A stretch of DNA of 64,000 bases from Lentisphaerota bacterium (GTDB lineage: Bacteria; Verrucomicrobiota; Kiritimatiellia; JAAZAB01): NCBI GenBank assembly GCA_016188985.1, contig JACPGM010000018.1, positions 4,736-68,735 of the forward strand, given 5' to 3'. How positions within the stretch are numbered: position 1 is the stretch's first letter; every line of letters starts with the position of its first letter. Shown in pieces: positions 40,363 through 52,127 of the stretch. The notes below the pieces were generated by a model that had not been told where the DNA came from, ran no database searches, and saw nothing but the letters and a program-made list of their open reading frames with translations. A program made the position numbers and the translations under genes.

Positions 40363-41694
40363 ATGAAAATAAAAGTGGAAAAGGCCGGACCGTGCCGGAA
40401 AATAATGGAGGTGACTGTGCCGGCCGAAACTGTGGCGGCGGAATATGCCACGGCGGTCGCGGCCTATGTGAAGAATGCGAAAATGCCGGGATACCGGCCG
40501 GGTCGCGCGCCATCGGCGCTGGTCGAACGCCGCTATGCCCGCGAAATTGATGAAAGCGTCCAGGAAGCCGTAGTGGCCCAAACCTACCCGGAAGCGCTGA
40601 AACGCTCCGCGCTCGATCCCGTGGCCGTCCTTGATTTGAACGTTACCCTGAAACGCAACGAGAGCGCAACTTACAAGGTTACTTTGGATGTGCCCCCGGA
40701 GTTCAAGCTGCCGAAGTATAAAGGCATCAGCCTCAAGGAAAAACCCGCGGACGTTTCCGCTGAAGCCCTTCAGCGGGCTTTTACTCAGTGGCTCGAGCGC
40801 CATGCATCTTTTGAAGAAGTAACCGGCCGCCCGGTGGCCAAAGGCGACGCCGTCCAGGTTGATTTTGAAGGCCGCCTTGATGGCCGACCGCTTGCGGCGC
40901 TGGGCAAGCGCGTGGGCGCCCTCGCCCAAGCCAGGGATTTATGGATCATGGCGGATGAAAGTACGCCATTGCCCGGCTTCGGCTTGGGGCTCCTGGACCT
41001 TGCGGTGGGCGCCCGCCGCGAAATCACCGTTGCCTTTCCTGCCGATTTCGGTGTTGCGGAATTGGCCGGTAAAGCGGCGGTCTACCAGGTGCGGGTCAAG
41101 GCTATCCGCGCCAAGCGCTTGCCAACCCTGGATGAACAGCTCCTCAAAAAAGCCGGAGTGGCCTCGGAAGCCGAGTTGCGCGGCAAGCTGAAAGAAGCGT
41201 TGGAACACGAGACGCAACGAACGGCCAGAGAACGGCAAAAGGAAGAAATCATCAAACACCTGCTGGCGCGCACGACGCTGGAACTGCCGGAAACGCTCGT
41301 GCAGGAAGAAATCCGCCACCAGTTTTCCGCGCTGGTTCGCCAGAATCTGCTGCGGGGTGTTCCCCGCGAACAGTTGACCGAAAAAAGGGGGGATCTCCTG
41401 ACCGCGGCGACCAACACGGCTACGGAAAAAGTCAAGCTGGGCTATATTCTGCACCGCATTGCCGAGGAAGAAAAGATCACGCTGAGCGACCAGGAACTGG
41501 CTGCGTCTGTGGATGCCCTGGCCCAGCGCTATGCGGTGCCCAGCGCCGAACTACGCAAGGAATTGGAAGAAAAAAAAGAAATGGATTCTATCCGGCACCA
41601 GGCGCGCATGGATAAAACGCTCGATTTTCTGCTGACGGAATCCCGCGGCGAGGAGGAAGAAGCGGGCTTGTTCGGCCGCCTGCTGGGCCGCTGA
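40363..41694 (+). CDS. tig: Trigger factor
   Basis: MKIKVEKAGPCRKIMEVTVPAE..; PGYRPGRAP; FKBP-type middle domain; conserved tig-clpP-clpX order. The track ORF starts at TTG 40345; ATG 40363 preferred. Confidence 0.9.
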   Translation: MKIKVEKAGPCRKIMEVTVPAETVAAEYATAVAAYVKNAKMPGYRPGRAPSALVERRYAREIDESVQEAVVAQTYPEALKRSALDPVAVLDLNVTLKRNESATYKVTLDVPPEFKLPKYKGISLKEKPADVSAEALQRAFTQWLERHASFEEVTGRPVAKGDAVQVDFEGRLDGRPLAALGKRVGALAQARDLWIMADESTPLPGFGLGLLDLAVGARREITVAFPADFGVAELAGKAAVYQVRVKAIRAKRLPTLDEQLLKKAGVASEAELRGKLKEALEHETQRTARERQKEEIIKHLLARTTLELPETLVQEEIRHQFSALVRQNLLRGVPREQLTEKRGDLLTAATNTATEKVKLGYILHRIAEEEKITLSDQELAASVDALAQRYAVPSAELRKELEEKKEMDSIRHQARMDKTLDFLLTESRGEEEEAGLFGRLLGR

Positions 41695-41775
41695 GTTAAT
41701 TTTTTTAATTTCAGCTTGCCAGTTGAGAACGGGAAATGATAATCGCCAATCAGAAATCATAAAAGGGGGTTTATT

Positions 41776-42393
41776 ATGGATACTTCGAACCAGATGTTAG
41801 TGCCGATGGTGGTGGAGCAAACCGGGCGCGGCGAGCGCGCCTATGACATCTATTCGCGGCTGTTGAAGGATCGGATCATCTTTCTGGGAACGGTCATTTC
41901 CGATGAAGTCAGCAGCCTGATCGTGGCCCAGATGCTGTTTCTGCAGGCGGAAGACGCCAATAAGGATATCAGCTTCTACATCAACACGGCCGGCGGCTCG
42001 GTGACCGCCGGCATGGCTATTTATGACACCATCCAGTTTCTCAAGTGCGATGTGGCCACCTACTGCGTGGGCCAGGCGGCCAGCATGGGCTCCATCCTGC
42101 TGGCGGCCGGGACGTCAGGCAAGCGCTTTGCCCTGCCGCACGCGCGGATCATGATGCATCAACCCTGGGGCGGGGTGCAGGGCGCGGCGGCCGATATCAG
42201 CATCCAGGCTCAGGAAATCCTGCGGATCCGCGATATTCTTAATGGTCTCCTGGCCAGGCATACCGGCAAGCCGGTTGAGGTCGTGGCCAAAGATACGGAC
42301 CGTGATTTCTTCATGTCCCCGGAAGAGGCGAAAAATTACGGCCTGGTGGATGAAGTGCTCGTCGGACGTAAAGGCCTGGAAGTTAAGCAATAA
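41776..42393 (+). CDS. clpP: ATP-dependent Clp protease proteolytic subunit
   Basis: [27 protein letters not shown] (Ser), MMHQP (His), DTDRDFF (Asp). Confidence 0.95.
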   Translation: MDTSNQMLVPMVVEQTGRGERAYDIYSRLLKDRIIFLGTVISDEVSSLIVAQMLFLQAEDANKDISFYINTAGGSVTAGMAIYDTIQFLKCDVATYCVGQAASMGSILLAAGTSGKRFALPHARIMMHQPWGGVQGAAADISIQAQEILRIRDILNGLLARHTGKPVEVVAKDTDRDFFMSPEEAKNYGLVDEVLVGRKGLEVKQ

Positions 42394-42407
42394 GCAGGAG
42401 ATAATTC

Positions 42408-43658
42408 ATGGCCAGACGCAACTTGCCGGCCTGTTCTTTTTGCGGGCGGAGCCGTGACCAAGTGGCCCAGTTGCTCGTCGGCTCAGGATCCAATATCTGC
42501 GACGCCTGTGTTGAGGCCAGCCGTAGGATTTTGAGCGAGCAGCCGGGCGCCGTCGCGCCCGCCGGCGCCCTGCTCAAGGTGCCCAAGCCGCACGAGATCA
42601 AGGCGTTCCTGGATGCCTATGTTGTCGGCCAGGAATACGCCAAGAAGGCGCTGGCCGTGGCGGTGCATAATCATTACAAGCGCCTGAACCAGGGCGCTCA
42701 TTTTTCCGCCGGCGACCCCTTGGCCGGCGTGGAGATTCAGAAGAGCAATATCCTTCTCATCGGGCCGACCGGCAGCGGCAAGACGTTGCTGGCCCAGACC
42801 CTGGCGCGGCTCCTGGAGGTGCCCTTCAGCATTTCGGATGCTACCCCGCTGACCGAGGCCGGCTACGTGGGCGAGGACGTGGAAAATGTGCTCTTGCGCC
42901 TGATTCAGGCCGCCAACATGGATGTCGCGCGCGCGGAACGCGGCATCATCTATATTGACGAGATTGATAAAATTGGCCGTAAAGCCGAGAATGTTTCGAT
43001 CACCCGCGATGTTTCCGGCGAAGGCGTGCAGCAAGCCCTCCTGAAAATCCTGGAAGGCACCGTTGCCAACGTGCCGGCCCACGGCGGACGTAAACATCCC
43101 CAGGAACAGTTCATCAAGATCAATACCGAGGGCATCCTCTTTATTTGCGGCGGCGCCTTTGTCGGCCTGGAGGAGATTGTCCGGCGCCGCCTGGGTGCGC
43201 GCGCGATTGGTTTTATCAAACCGTCGGCCGGGGATGCGCCGGACAAGCAGGGCCATAATCCGCTCAAGGCGGTGGAACCGGAAGACCTGATCCGCTACGG
43301 GATGATCCCTGAATTTGTGGGCCGGGTGCCGGTGATCGTAGTGCTGGATGAGTTGTTGGAAGCTGATCTGGTGCGCGTGCTCACGGAGCCCCGCAACAGC
43401 ATGATCCGCCAGTACGAAAAGCTGATGGCTATGGAGAATATCAAGCTTTCCTTTGTGCCGGCGGCTCTGCGCGAGTTGGCTCGCTTGGCCGTCCGCAAGA
43501 AGACCGGCGCCCGCGGTCTGCGTTCCATCCTGGAACGCATCATGCTGGATATCATGTACGAGGCGCCGAGGCAAACGCACGCGCGCGCCTGTCAGATCAC
43601 CAAAGCCGTCGTGAATGCGCACTATGCCGACGTTGACCAGAACCGCCAGACCGCCTGA
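42408..43658 (+). CDS. clpX: ATP-dependent Clp protease ATP-binding subunit ClpX
   Basis: CSFCGRS...ICDACV zinc finger, [31 protein letters not shown]. Confidence 0.95.
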   Translation: MARRNLPACSFCGRSRDQVAQLLVGSGSNICDACVEASRRILSEQPGAVAPAGALLKVPKPHEIKAFLDAYVVGQEYAKKALAVAVHNHYKRLNQGAHFSAGDPLAGVEIQKSNILLIGPTGSGKTLLAQTLARLLEVPFSISDATPLTEAGYVGEDVENVLLRLIQAANMDVARAERGIIYIDEIDKIGRKAENVSITRDVSGEGVQQALLKILEGTVANVPAHGGRKHPQEQFIKINTEGILFICGGAFVGLEEIVRRRLGARAIGFIKPSAGDAPDKQGHNPLKAVEPEDLIRYGMIPEFVGRVPVIVVLDELLEADLVRVLTEPRNSMIRQYEKLMAMENIKLSFVPAALRELARLAVRKKTGARGLRSILERIMLDIMYEAPRQTHARACQITKAVVNAHYADVDQNRQTA

Positions 43659-43668
43659 CGGCGGGTGA

Positions 43669-43774
43669 GACGTCAGAAATCGGAGGTCAGCGGTCAGAGT
43701 ATAGAGGTGGACAAGCTAAATGCCATGCGCATTTCGTCTGACTGCTGACTTCTGACCACTGACTTCTGGTCAGA
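43669..43774. terminator. Heptad-periodic inverted arms between convergent clpX and panD (hairpin; candidate bidirectional terminator)
   Basis: GACGTCAGAAATCGGAGGTCAGCGGTCAGAG (43669-43699) versus CGTCTGACTGCTGACTTCTGACCACTGACTTCTGGTCAGA (43735-43774). The right arm overlaps the panD stop codon. Confidence 0.45.
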
Positions 43775-44135
43775 TTTCCTTCAACGGGCCAGTCGGCTGG
43801 TTCCGCTCGTTCAGCGTCAGGATCAGCGGGCGATGCCGGCGGGCTTCATCGGTGGGAACCGCGCTGAAGGCCAGAATGACCAGTTTGTCGCCCACGCTGC
43901 CCAAACGCGCGGCCGGACCGTTCAGGCAGATGACGCCGTCGCCGGGTTTGCCCGGGATGACGTACGTTTCAAACCGGTTGGCATTGGCCAGATTCGCCAC
44001 CAGCACCTTTTCATAAGGCAGCAGCTTGACCGCGTCCATCAGGTTGCGGTCAATGGTCAGGCTGCCTTCATAGTCCGGCTTGACGTGGGTAACGCGCGCC
44101 AGATGCAATTTGGATTTCAACATGATTGAAAACAT
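43770..44135 (-). CDS. panD: Aspartate 1-decarboxylase
   Basis: MLKSKLHLARVTHVKPDYEGSLTIDRNLMDA (Gly-Ser self-processing site). 121 aa from ATG 44135. The longer track ORF upstream is not PanD-like. Confidence 0.9.
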   Translation of the reverse strand: MFSIMLKSKLHLARVTHVKPDYEGSLTIDRNLMDAVKLLPYEKVLVANLANANRFETYVIPGKPGDGVICLNGPAARLGSVGDKLVILAFSAVPTDEARRHRPLILTLNERNQPTGPLKEI

Positions 44136-44211
44136 GGCCTTAACTTCCTGGCCAGGCAATATAGCGGTCACTCCCCGTAAAAGCAAGCGCGCGGCAGCCA
44201 AGGGCCGGCTG

Positions 44212-45768
44212 ATGCGCGTGCTTGTTCTGGCCGTGCCTTTGTTGTTCCTGGCCTTGGGTCTTTCGGCGCGCGAGGTGGCCATCACCATCTTGCATACCAC
44301 CGATGTGCATGGCCGCGTGGCGGAAGTCAGATCGGAACGCGAGTTGAAATTGGGCGGCGGGCTGCTGCGCTGCGCCACGCTTGTCCGGGAAATCCGCGCC
44401 CGCGAGCCGAATGTGATCATGGTGGATTGCGGCGACCTGTTCCAGGGCTCAACGGAAAGTTTTTTGACCAGCAACCGGATCATGGTCTCGGCCGTGCAGT
44501 ACCTGCGCTATGACGCCCTGGTGACCGGCAACCATGAATTTGACGGCGGGGTGAAAGCGCTGCGCCAATTCTACGAGCAGGCTCAAATCCCGGTGCTGGC
44601 GGCCAATATCCGTTCCGCGGCCGAACCGGCGCTGCCCGGCGCCCAAGACTTTTTGCTCAAGGAGCTGGAAGGCGTGCGCGTGGCCGTGGTCGGGCTGACC
44701 ACGCCAATCATTCCGCTCTTGTCGCGGCCGCCTTTGCTGGACGATGTCACTGTGGAAGATTCCCGGAAGGTTCTTCATCGGGTTATGCCCAAGGTGCGCG
44801 CGGCCAAGCCCGATATCCTGGTGCTGGCGGCGCACCAGGGCTTGCGCGAATGGGGCGATGATTCCGCCAACGAGATCAAGACAATTGCCCGGGCCTTTCC
44901 CGAGTTTGATCTGATCCTGGGCGGGCACACCCACCAGGCGGTGGAATGGGAGACCGTGAACGGCGTGAGCTATACGCAAGCGGGGAAATATGCGCTCTGG
45001 CTCGGAGTCGCGCGCTTGATCTTCGATACCCAGACGCGCCGGATTAAGTCCAGGAAAATTCAACTGCTGCCCGTGGATTCCACCGTTGCCCGTGAGCGGG
45101 CCTTGGCCGAGCAGCTCGCCAAGCCTTTGCAGGAAACCAAACAATATCTTGACCAGGAACTCGGCGCAACCACCACGGAATTAACGCCAACTTCACCTCA
45201 CCCGGGTCAATCCGCCATTCAGACGCTGATTGCCGCGGCTATCGCCGAACAGGCGCAAGCGCAGATCGTTTTTCATCGGCCTTTGTCCGAGGCCTCGCTG
45301 CGCTCCGGAAGCATTAAGATGCGGGATGTCTGGCGCATCGTGCCCTACGATAATTATATCGGCGTGGCCCACTTGACGCTCGCGGAGCTTCGAGCGATTC
45401 TGGAGGAAAACAGCGAATACTACGACTCTGAAAATTTTCGGGGGGTCTATGGCCTGACCTATAACTTGAAAATCGGCGCCGCGCCCGGAACGCGCGTTGC
45501 TAATATCCGGCTGACGGGAGAGCCGAAGGCCGGTCGCGCCGAACAGTCGGCGCCGGAACGCCTGCGGGTGGCATTCAACAGTTACGATCTGGCTTCGGCC
45601 GGCGGGAAGTTGCCGCGCCTGCGTGAGATCGTGGAACGGCGCACGTCCCGCTTGGAGGAGCGCCTGGATGCGAATACCCGCGACGCGGTTATCGCGTATC
45701 TGCAAGCGCACCGGCCGCTCAATATCGAGGTGCTGCCGGGAGCGCAGACCGGCGACAAGCGGAAATAG
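44212..45768 (+). CDS. Secreted bifunctional metallophosphatase/5'-nucleotidase family protein
   Basis: Signal MRVLVLAVPLLFLALGLSA; ILHTTDVHG; DCGDLFQGS; GNHEFD; GGHTH. Start moved to ATG 44212. Confidence 0.8.
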   Translation: MRVLVLAVPLLFLALGLSAREVAITILHTTDVHGRVAEVRSERELKLGGGLLRCATLVREIRAREPNVIMVDCGDLFQGSTESFLTSNRIMVSAVQYLRYDALVTGNHEFDGGVKALRQFYEQAQIPVLAANIRSAAEPALPGAQDFLLKELEGVRVAVVGLTTPIIPLLSRPPLLDDVTVEDSRKVLHRVMPKVRAAKPDILVLAAHQGLREWGDDSANEIKTIARAFPEFDLILGGHTHQAVEWETVNGVSYTQAGKYALWLGVARLIFDTQTRRIKSRKIQLLPVDSTVARERALAEQLAKPLQETKQYLDQELGATTTELTPTSPHPGQSAIQTLIAAAIAEQAQAQIVFHRPLSEASLRSGSIKMRDVWRIVPYDNYIGVAHLTLAELRAILEENSEYYDSENFRGVYGLTYNLKIGAAPGTRVANIRLTGEPKAGRAEQSAPERLRVAFNSYDLASAGGKLPRLREIVERRTSRLEERLDANTRDAVIAYLQAHRPLNIEVLPGAQTGDKRK

Positions 45769-45852
45769 CGTTTCTTTTTCCCGCGCGGGCGATACACTAA
45801 CAGGTTTGATTTGCCGGATCAGTCGGATCTATCGGATAACCTTGTGCTTCCC

Positions 45853-48810
45853 ATGAACCAGGACTGGATCACCATCGCCGGCGCCCGCGAGCATAACCTC
45901 AAGAACATTACCGTGCGCCTGCCGCGCAACCGGTTGACGGTCATAACCGGTTTAAGCGGTTCGGGGAAGTCGTCGCTGGCGTTTGACACCTTGTATGCCG
46001 AGGGTCAGCGCCGGTACGTGGAAAGCCTTTCGGCCTACGCCCGCCAGTTTCTGGAGCAGATGCAGAAACCCGACGTGGACTATATCGAAGGCCTTTCCCC
46101 CGCCATTGCCATTGAACAGCGCACGGCCGGGTCCAATCCGCGCTCGATTGTCGCTACCAGCACGGAAATTCACGACTATCTGCGGCTGCTCTTTGCCACC
46201 ATCGGCCGCCAGCATTGTCCGCGCTGCCGGCGCCCGGTGGCGCGGCAGAGCGCCGAACAAATCGTTGAGCGCCTGCTCAAGTTGCCGGCGCGGACCAAGT
46301 TGACTTTGCTCGCGCCCCTGGTGCGCGGTCGCAAGGGCCAGCACACGGAAGTGTTCGAAAGCGCCCGGCGCCAGGGGTTCGTGCGCGTGCGCGTGGATGG
46401 CGCCCTGCGGGAATTGGATGCAGTGACCGAGCTTGATAAGAAGAAAAAACATTCCATTGATCTGGTGGTTGACCGCCTGATCATCACCAATCTCATCCGC
46501 ACGCGCCTGACCGATTCCACCGAACTGGCCCTGCGCCAGGGAGCCAGCGTGATGATTGTCCTTCACCAGGAAAGCGATGGCCAATGGCGGGAAACGCTAT
46601 ATTCCGAAAAGCACGCTTGCGCTAATTGCGGCATCAGCTTCGAGCCGCCGACCCCGCGTCATTTTTCGTTTAACAGTCCCTATGGAGCGTGTCCCACCTG
46701 CTCCGGGATCGGGGCGCGCCTGGTATTTGACGAGGCGCTGGTGGCGCCCAATCGCGAACTTGGCATCGAAAAGGGGGCCATCCATGCCTGGCGCCGTGGC
46801 GGCCGCCGGTTGATCATCTATTACAACGGGCTGTTGCGCGCCCTGGCGACCCATTATGGTTTCAGCCTGAGCACGCCCTTCCGGGATCTCGGCGCCGCGA
46901 TTCAAAAAATCCTGTTTTATGGCTCAGGGGACGAGGCCATTACCTTCGGTTATTGGCGCCGCGGCGCCTGGCGCAAGCTGGTTAAACCGTTTGAGGGTAT
47001 TCTGCCCAATCTGGCGCGCCGCTATGCGGAAACGGACAGCGAGTTCACCAAAAAGCGGCTCGAGCAATACATGAGCCGCCGGCCTTGCGCCGATTGCCAG
47101 GGTGCGCGCCTGAAACCGGAAGTCCTGGCCTGCACCATCGCGGGGAAATCCATTGCCGAAGTCTGCCGGATGGCCGTGCGCGCCGCCCGGGATTTTTTCG
47201 AGCGCCTGGAGCTTAGCCCCGAGGAGCAGCAAAAAGCCCACGAGGTGCTCAAGGAAATCCGCCAGCGCCTGCAGTTCCTGGCCAATGTGGGCCTGGATTA
47301 TTTGACGCTCGACCGCGAAAGCGGCACGCTTTCGGGCGGCGAGGCGCAGCGTATCCGCCTGGCAACCCAGATCGGCTCCGGCCTGGTTGGCGTGCTCTAC
47401 GTGCTCGATGAGCCCAGTATCGGCTTGCACCACCGCGATAACCAGCGCCTGATCAGCACGCTGAAAAACCTGCGCGACCTGGGCAATACCGTGGTGGTAG
47501 TCGAGCACGATGAAGATACCATCCGGCAGGCCGATTTTGTTCTGGATCTTGGCCCGGGCGCGGGCCGGCATGGCGGCGCGGTCGTGTTTGCCGGGGCGGC
47601 AAGCGACCTGTTGGCCGATCCCAATTCGCTCACGGCCCGTTACCTGAACGGGCTTTTGACTATTGCCATTCCGCGTGAGCGTAAGACACCTAAGGGCGAA
47701 TTGGGGCGCCTGACCATCAGTGGCGCTTGTGAAAATAATCTGAAGAACATCACGATCAGCATTCCCTTGGGTTTATTCGTTTGCGTGACCGGTGTTTCCG
47801 GCAGCGGCAAAAGCACGCTTATTGATGACATCCTGCGGCGGGCCCTCTTCCGCAAGTTCTATGGCGCCAAGGAACTGCCGGGCAAGTTCAATGAGATCAA
47901 AGGTATGGACCGGCTCGACAAGGTAGTGGTGATTGACCAGTCGCCGATCGGCCGCACGCCGCGCAGTAACCCGGCGACCTACACCGGCGCCTTCACGCTG
48001 ATCCGCGCCCTGTTTGCCGGGTTGCCCGCCTCCAAGGTGCGCGGCTATGGCCCGGGCCGTTACAGTTTCAATGTCAAAGGCGGGCGCTGCGAAGCCTGCT
48101 GCGGCGACGGCATCCTGCGGATCGAGATGCATTTCCTGCCGGATGTCTATGTCACTTGCGAACAGTGCGGCGGCCGGCGCTACAACCGCGAGACCCTGGA
48201 AGTTCGCTATGCCGGCAAATCAATCGCCGATACCTTGGCCATGACCATTGACGAGGCCCTGGAGTTCTTCGGCCGCGTCCCGGCTCTGCGGCAAAAGCTC
48301 AAAACCCTTTCGGAAGTCGGGCTGGGCTATGTTCAATTGGGGCAATCGGCCACTACGCTTTCCGGCGGGGAAGCCCAGCGCGTAAAACTCTCGGCCGAGC
48401 TCAGCCGCAAGGCCACTGGCCGAACGCTTTATCTTCTGGATGAACCCACCACCGGGCTGCATTTTGCCGATATTCAGAAACTGCTCGACGTGCTGCACCG
48501 GTTGCGCGATGCCGGCAATACCGTCGTGGTCATCGAGCATAACGTTGAGGTGATTAAGACGGCCGATTACATAATTGACCTGGGGCCGGAAGGCGGCGAC
48601 GAAGGCGGCGAGGTCGTTGTCTACGGCACGCCCGAAGAAGTCGCCGCCTGCGACCGCTCCTATACGGGGGAACTCCTGCGGCGGGTGCTCGCAGCGGCGA
48701 AGGCCCGGGAAAAGCTACACGGGGAAACTGTCGCGCTGCAGGCGCGCACTCACAGCGCTGTTGTAAGCCTCGAAGAAAGCTCTGACATCCGGCGGGGTGC
48801 ACCAGCCTAA
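45853..48810 (+). CDS. uvrA: Excinuclease ABC subunit A
   Basis: [28 protein letters not shown], zinc modules [17 protein letters not shown], second [28 protein letters not shown] 45853 preferred. The C-terminal tail overlaps the convergent gene by 96 nt. Confidence 0.95.
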   Translation: MNQDWITIAGAREHNLKNITVRLPRNRLTVITGLSGSGKSSLAFDTLYAEGQRRYVESLSAYARQFLEQMQKPDVDYIEGLSPAIAIEQRTAGSNPRSIVATSTEIHDYLRLLFATIGRQHCPRCRRPVARQSAEQIVERLLKLPARTKLTLLAPLVRGRKGQHTEVFESARRQGFVRVRVDGALRELDAVTELDKKKKHSIDLVVDRLIITNLIRTRLTDSTELALRQGASVMIVLHQESDGQWRETLYSEKHACANCGISFEPPTPRHFSFNSPYGACPTCSGIGARLVFDEALVAPNRELGIEKGAIHAWRRGGRRLIIYYNGLLRALATHYGFSLSTPFRDLGAAIQKILFYGSGDEAITFGYWRRGAWRKLVKPFEGILPNLARRYAETDSEFTKKRLEQYMSRRPCADCQGARLKPEVLACTIAGKSIAEVCRMAVRAARDFFERLELSPEEQQKAHEVLKEIRQRLQFLANVGLDYLTLDRESGTLSGGEAQRIRLATQIGSGLVGVLYVLDEPSIGLHHRDNQRLISTLKNLRDLGNTVVVVEHDEDTIRQADFVLDLGPGAGRHGGAVVFAGAASDLLADPNSLTARYLNGLLTIAIPRERKTPKGELGRLTISGACENNLKNITISIPLGLFVCVTGVSGSGKSTLIDDILRRALFRKFYGAKELPGKFNEIKGMDRLDKVVVIDQSPIGRTPRSNPATYTGAFTLIRALFAGLPASKVRGYGPGRYSFNVKGGRCEACCGDGILRIEMHFLPDVYVTCEQCGGRRYNRETLEVRYAGKSIADTLAMTIDEALEFFGRVPALRQKLKTLSEVGLGYVQLGQSATTLSGGEAQRVKLSAELSRKATGRTLYLLDEPTTGLHFADIQKLLDVLHRLRDAGNTVVVIEHNVEVIKTADYIIDLGPEGGDEGGEVVVYGTPEEVAACDRSYTGELLRRVLAAAKAREKLHGETVALQARTHSAVVSLEESSDIRRGAPA

Positions 48811-50382
48811 TGCTCCTAACGATAAGCCCACCCGCCGCAGGTCGCGGCCGGCGCGGCGGCGGGTAATCCAGGGCAAAGACCGAACGCCATCCAGATCCAC
48901 GACCCATAGCCCGCCAGGCGCGGCGCGCGCGCATAACACATTCTCGTGTTTCAGGTCGCGATTGGAAAAACCGGCGCGGTGAAAACTGGCGGCCAAGCGG
49001 CCGTAAGCGCGCATGGCTTCGGCGCGGCTCGACGGGTCGCGCGCTTGACGCTCAAGCCAGGCGCTCAGTTCTTCGGCTTGTTCCAGCTCAAGGCTGACGC
49101 CGTGGTCAGATAGCCGCAAACCGAGGCGCCGCTGGCAGCTCCAGGCTATGGGTGTCGGCGTGGGAATGCCCTGCTCGGCGAGCTCTCGGCCCATCAGGAA
49201 AGCACGGCGTGTGCGCGATGGTAGCAAGCGAAAACGCCAGCCGCGCCGGCCGGGAAGAGGAGTGTATTCTTTCCAGACCATTCCCCGGTAAGCCCGCACG
49301 CGGCAGCCGGCATAGGCTTTCAGGACGCGAGCATCGGGTAGGGCGCCGGATTTTAGAGCGTCTAACCAGGCCGAAAAACGAGTGGCTTGAGAGGGCAGGA
49401 TATGCCAGGTTTGGCCGTGGCGGCGCAGGAGTTGGCCGCTATTCGCCGCGCGCGCCATGATCCAGGAGAGCACTCCAGCGAGCATGATGGTGGCCAGGGG
49501 CGAATCCATGAAATCGTTGCGTTTGCCCAGCCAGGCCGCCAAGGGCGCCGCCGGATAAAACATCGTGATAACCCCGTGTGTTTTTATCATCCAGACCCAG
49601 GCCACGTGCGCGCCGACGCTCAACCAGATGGTTTTTGTGCGAATCACAAACGCGCAGAGGACAAGGCCCAGGAGCGTCAGGTTAATGAACTGCACCGCCA
49701 ACCTGGGGATTTGCCAGACGGTCGAAAAGGTAGAAATGAACACGGAGTGGGTTACGGATAAAAAAGAATCCCCGTTGAAGGCCGTGCTGGAGGGCTCCCC
49801 AAAATGGGCCGCGGCGAAGACCACACTGGACAACACGGCGGCCGGCCAGGCGCGCCAGATGCGCGCGAGGACCCGGAAGAAGATGCCGCGCATCACGGTT
49901 TCTTCGAAAAAGCCTACCACCAGCGCCGGTAACAGCAAAAAAGCCGGAGTCTTAATCAAATCATGGCAGGCAAGGCCGGGTGGGATATACAGGCGATGAA
50001 TTCCGGCCAGAGTGGTCAACGCAGCCACTATGCCCATGGTCAGGATGCCCATGATGATGCCGTTCAGTAGACCGGCGTGCCATGCCCGCCAGGACCAGTC
50101 CGGATCGGCCGTAGTGAATCCGCAATCCTTCCAGCCGCGCCAGCCGGCGCGCCAGAGAAAGAGCAACAGGAAAATGAGAGAAAAAAACAGCAGACAACGG
50201 CGCATGACTTTGCCGCCGCCGGCTTCCAGCAGGTAAGCGCCCAGGGGTCCGCCGAAGCTGCCGGCGAGCTTCATGATCAGTACGGCCGCGGCGGAGGCCA
50301 GCCAGGTTGCGCCGCCCAGAAAGAGGACAGCCAGGATGAGCGCCTGCCAGAAGGAGATAGCGGGTCGCGGATATTGCTTCAT
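48715..50382 (-). CDS. Fusion of a CPBP (CAAX) intramembrane protease domain with a lipopolysaccharide-kinase (Kdo/WaaP/InaA) family domain
   Basis: N-terminal half: multiple TMs with [12 protein letters not shown] (EExxxR) and FAAAHF. C-terminal half: [11 protein letters not shown] ... VVDLDGV kinase catalytic/DxD motifs. Start moved to ATG 50382 (MKQYPRP). Confidence 0.7.
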   Translation of the reverse strand: MKQYPRPAISFWQALILAVLFLGGATWLASAAAVLIMKLAGSFGGPLGAYLLEAGGGKVMRRCLLFFSLIFLLLFLWRAGWRGWKDCGFTTADPDWSWRAWHAGLLNGIIMGILTMGIVAALTTLAGIHRLYIPPGLACHDLIKTPAFLLLPALVVGFFEETVMRGIFFRVLARIWRAWPAAVLSSVVFAAAHFGEPSSTAFNGDSFLSVTHSVFISTFSTVWQIPRLAVQFINLTLLGLVLCAFVIRTKTIWLSVGAHVAWVWMIKTHGVITMFYPAAPLAAWLGKRNDFMDSPLATIMLAGVLSWIMARAANSGQLLRRHGQTWHILPSQATRFSAWLDALKSGALPDARVLKAYAGCRVRAYRGMVWKEYTPLPGRRGWRFRLLPSRTRRAFLMGRELAEQGIPTPTPIAWSCQRRLGLRLSDHGVSLELEQAEELSAWLERQARDPSSRAEAMRAYGRLAASFHRAGFSNRDLKHENVLCARAAPGGLWVVDLDGVRSLPWITRRRAGRDLRRVGLSLGALGWCTPPDVRAFFEAYNSAVSARLQRDSFPV

Positions 50383-50538
50383 TTCTTCTGATGGGTTTGT
50401 AGCCGCGCCCGTAAGGGCGTGGTTTCTTTCGGCGGCCACGGCGTCACCGCCGCGGCTACTTAATTTTTTCGGATGGGTTTGTAGCCACGGCTACATGTGT
50501 AGCGGCCGTTCGTGAGAACGGCAGAAGTTGCCCCTGCC

Positions 50539-51774
50539 TCAGACGGGCCGGAAAGCCAGCGTGGCGTTGTGGCCGCCAAAGCCCAGGGAATTGCTCAAGG
50601 CCAGCCGGATTTTTTTCGGGCGGGCGGTATTGGGCACGTAGTCCAGGTCGCATTCCGGGTCGGGCGTCGTATAATTGATCGTCGGCGGCACAATGCCGTG
50701 CTTGATTGCCAGGGCGCAGACCGCGGCTTCCACGGCGCCGGCCGCGCCCAGCAGATGGCCGGTCATGGATTTGGTTGAACTGATCATAACCCGCCGGGCT
50801 TCACTATCGCCCAGGGCGCGTTTGATGGCCAGCGTTTCACAGCGGTCATTAAGCGGTGTGCTTGTGCCGTGGGCGTTAATATAATCCACGTCCTCGGCCC
50901 GGGCGCGCGACTCCTGGATGGCCCGCTGCATGGCCGCCGCGGCGCCGGCGCCATCCTCGTCGGGGGCGGTTTCATGAAACGCGTCGCAGGTGGCGCCATA
51001 ACCGGACAACTCGCAGTAGATGGGCGCGCCGCGCTTACGGGCGTGCTCCAGACTCTCAAGCACCAGGATGCCGGCGCCATCGCCCATGACGAAGCCATCG
51101 CGGTCCTTGTCGAATGGGCGGCTGGCTTTTTCCGGCTCATGGTTGCGCGTGCTCAAGGCGCGCAAGGCGCAGAAGCCGGCGAAGCCCAAGGCGCAGATGC
51201 CGGCATCCGACCCGCCGGAAATCATCATGTCGGCGTCGCCGCATTGGATAAGGCGCAGGGCATCGCCCAAGGCATGGCTGGCGGAAGCGCAGGCGGAGAC
51301 GATGGCGTAATTCGGGCCTTTGAACTGGAATTCGATGGCAATCAGGCCGGAGGCCATGTTGCAGATCATTTGAGGAATCATGAAGGGGCTGCAACGATTC
51401 GGCCCTTTTTCCAGCAGGATGCGATGCTGCCCTTGGAGCGATTGCAGCCCGCCGATACCGGAGGCCACCACCACGCCCGCGCGGTCGGGATTTTCTTTGG
51501 CCGGATCCAAGCCGGCATCCTTAACGGCCATTTTGGCGGCGGCCAGGGCATACTGGCAGTAAAGATCAGCCCGGCGCTGGTCCTTCTTGCTCAGAAAATC
51601 ATCTGGATTGAATTCAACGACCTCGCCGGCGATTTGGCAAGGATAAGGCGAGGCATCAAACTGCGTTACCCGGCGGACGCCGGAAGCCCCCGCCACGTTG
51701 CGTTCCCAGAAGCGTTTGAGATCGCAGCCCAGGGGGGTTACGACCCCGATACCTGTGATCACCACCGGCCGCAT
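50539..51774 (-). CDS. fabF: Beta-ketoacyl-ACP synthase II
   Basis: VVITGIGVVTPLG, SACASASHA (active Cys), NAHGTSTPLND, SSTKSMTGHLLGAAG. Start moved to ATG 51774. Confidence 0.95.
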   Translation of the reverse strand: MRPVVITGIGVVTPLGCDLKRFWERNVAGASGVRRVTQFDASPYPCQIAGEVVEFNPDDFLSKKDQRRADLYCQYALAAAKMAVKDAGLDPAKENPDRAGVVVASGIGGLQSLQGQHRILLEKGPNRCSPFMIPQMICNMASGLIAIEFQFKGPNYAIVSACASASHALGDALRLIQCGDADMMISGGSDAGICALGFAGFCALRALSTRNHEPEKASRPFDKDRDGFVMGDGAGILVLESLEHARKRGAPIYCELSGYGATCDAFHETAPDEDGAGAAAAMQRAIQESRARAEDVDYINAHGTSTPLNDRCETLAIKRALGDSEARRVMISSTKSMTGHLLGAAGAVEAAVCALAIKHGIVPPTINYTTPDPECDLDYVPNTARPKKIRLALSNSLGFGGHNATLAFRPV

Positions 51775-51810
51775 ATTTGAAATTATCCGGCGCTTTCGGG
51801 CGGCAATGAT

Positions 51811-51848
51811 AAAAAGGCCGAGGCGCTCCGCACGCGGAGCCTCGGCCT
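51811..51848 (-). terminator. Rho-independent terminator-like hairpin between acpP and fabF
   Basis: Minus-strand sense: GGCCGAGGCTCCGCGTGCGGAGCGCCTCGGCC followed by TTTTT (plus-strand AAAAA at 51811-51815). Confidence 0.55.
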
Positions 51849-51864
51849 TTCTCACGGCAACCGC

Positions 51865-52104
51865 TTATTCGCCGAACCCTTTTTCCTTCAGATAGTTCAC
51901 CACCGCGCCGACGGTAGTAAGCTTTTCGGCTTCTTCGTCCGGAATTTCGGCGCCGAATTCCTCTTCGAAGGCCATGACCAGCTCAACCGTGTCCAGGCTA
52001 TCGGCGCCGAGGTCCTCGATGAAGGACGCTTCGGCCGTTACCTGTTCCGGGTTGACGCCCAGTTGTTCCACGATAATGTCGCGCACCTTTTCTTCCAATG
52101 CCAT
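51865..52104 (-). CDS. acpP: Acyl carrier protein
   Basis: [21 protein letters not shown] phosphopantetheine site; 79 aa. Confidence 0.95.
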   Translation of the reverse strand: MALEEKVRDIIVEQLGVNPEQVTAEASFIEDLGADSLDTVELVMAFEEEFGAEIPDEEAEKLTTVGAVVNYLKEKGFGE

Positions 52105-52127
52105 TGGTTTAACCTCCTGCCTTGTTT

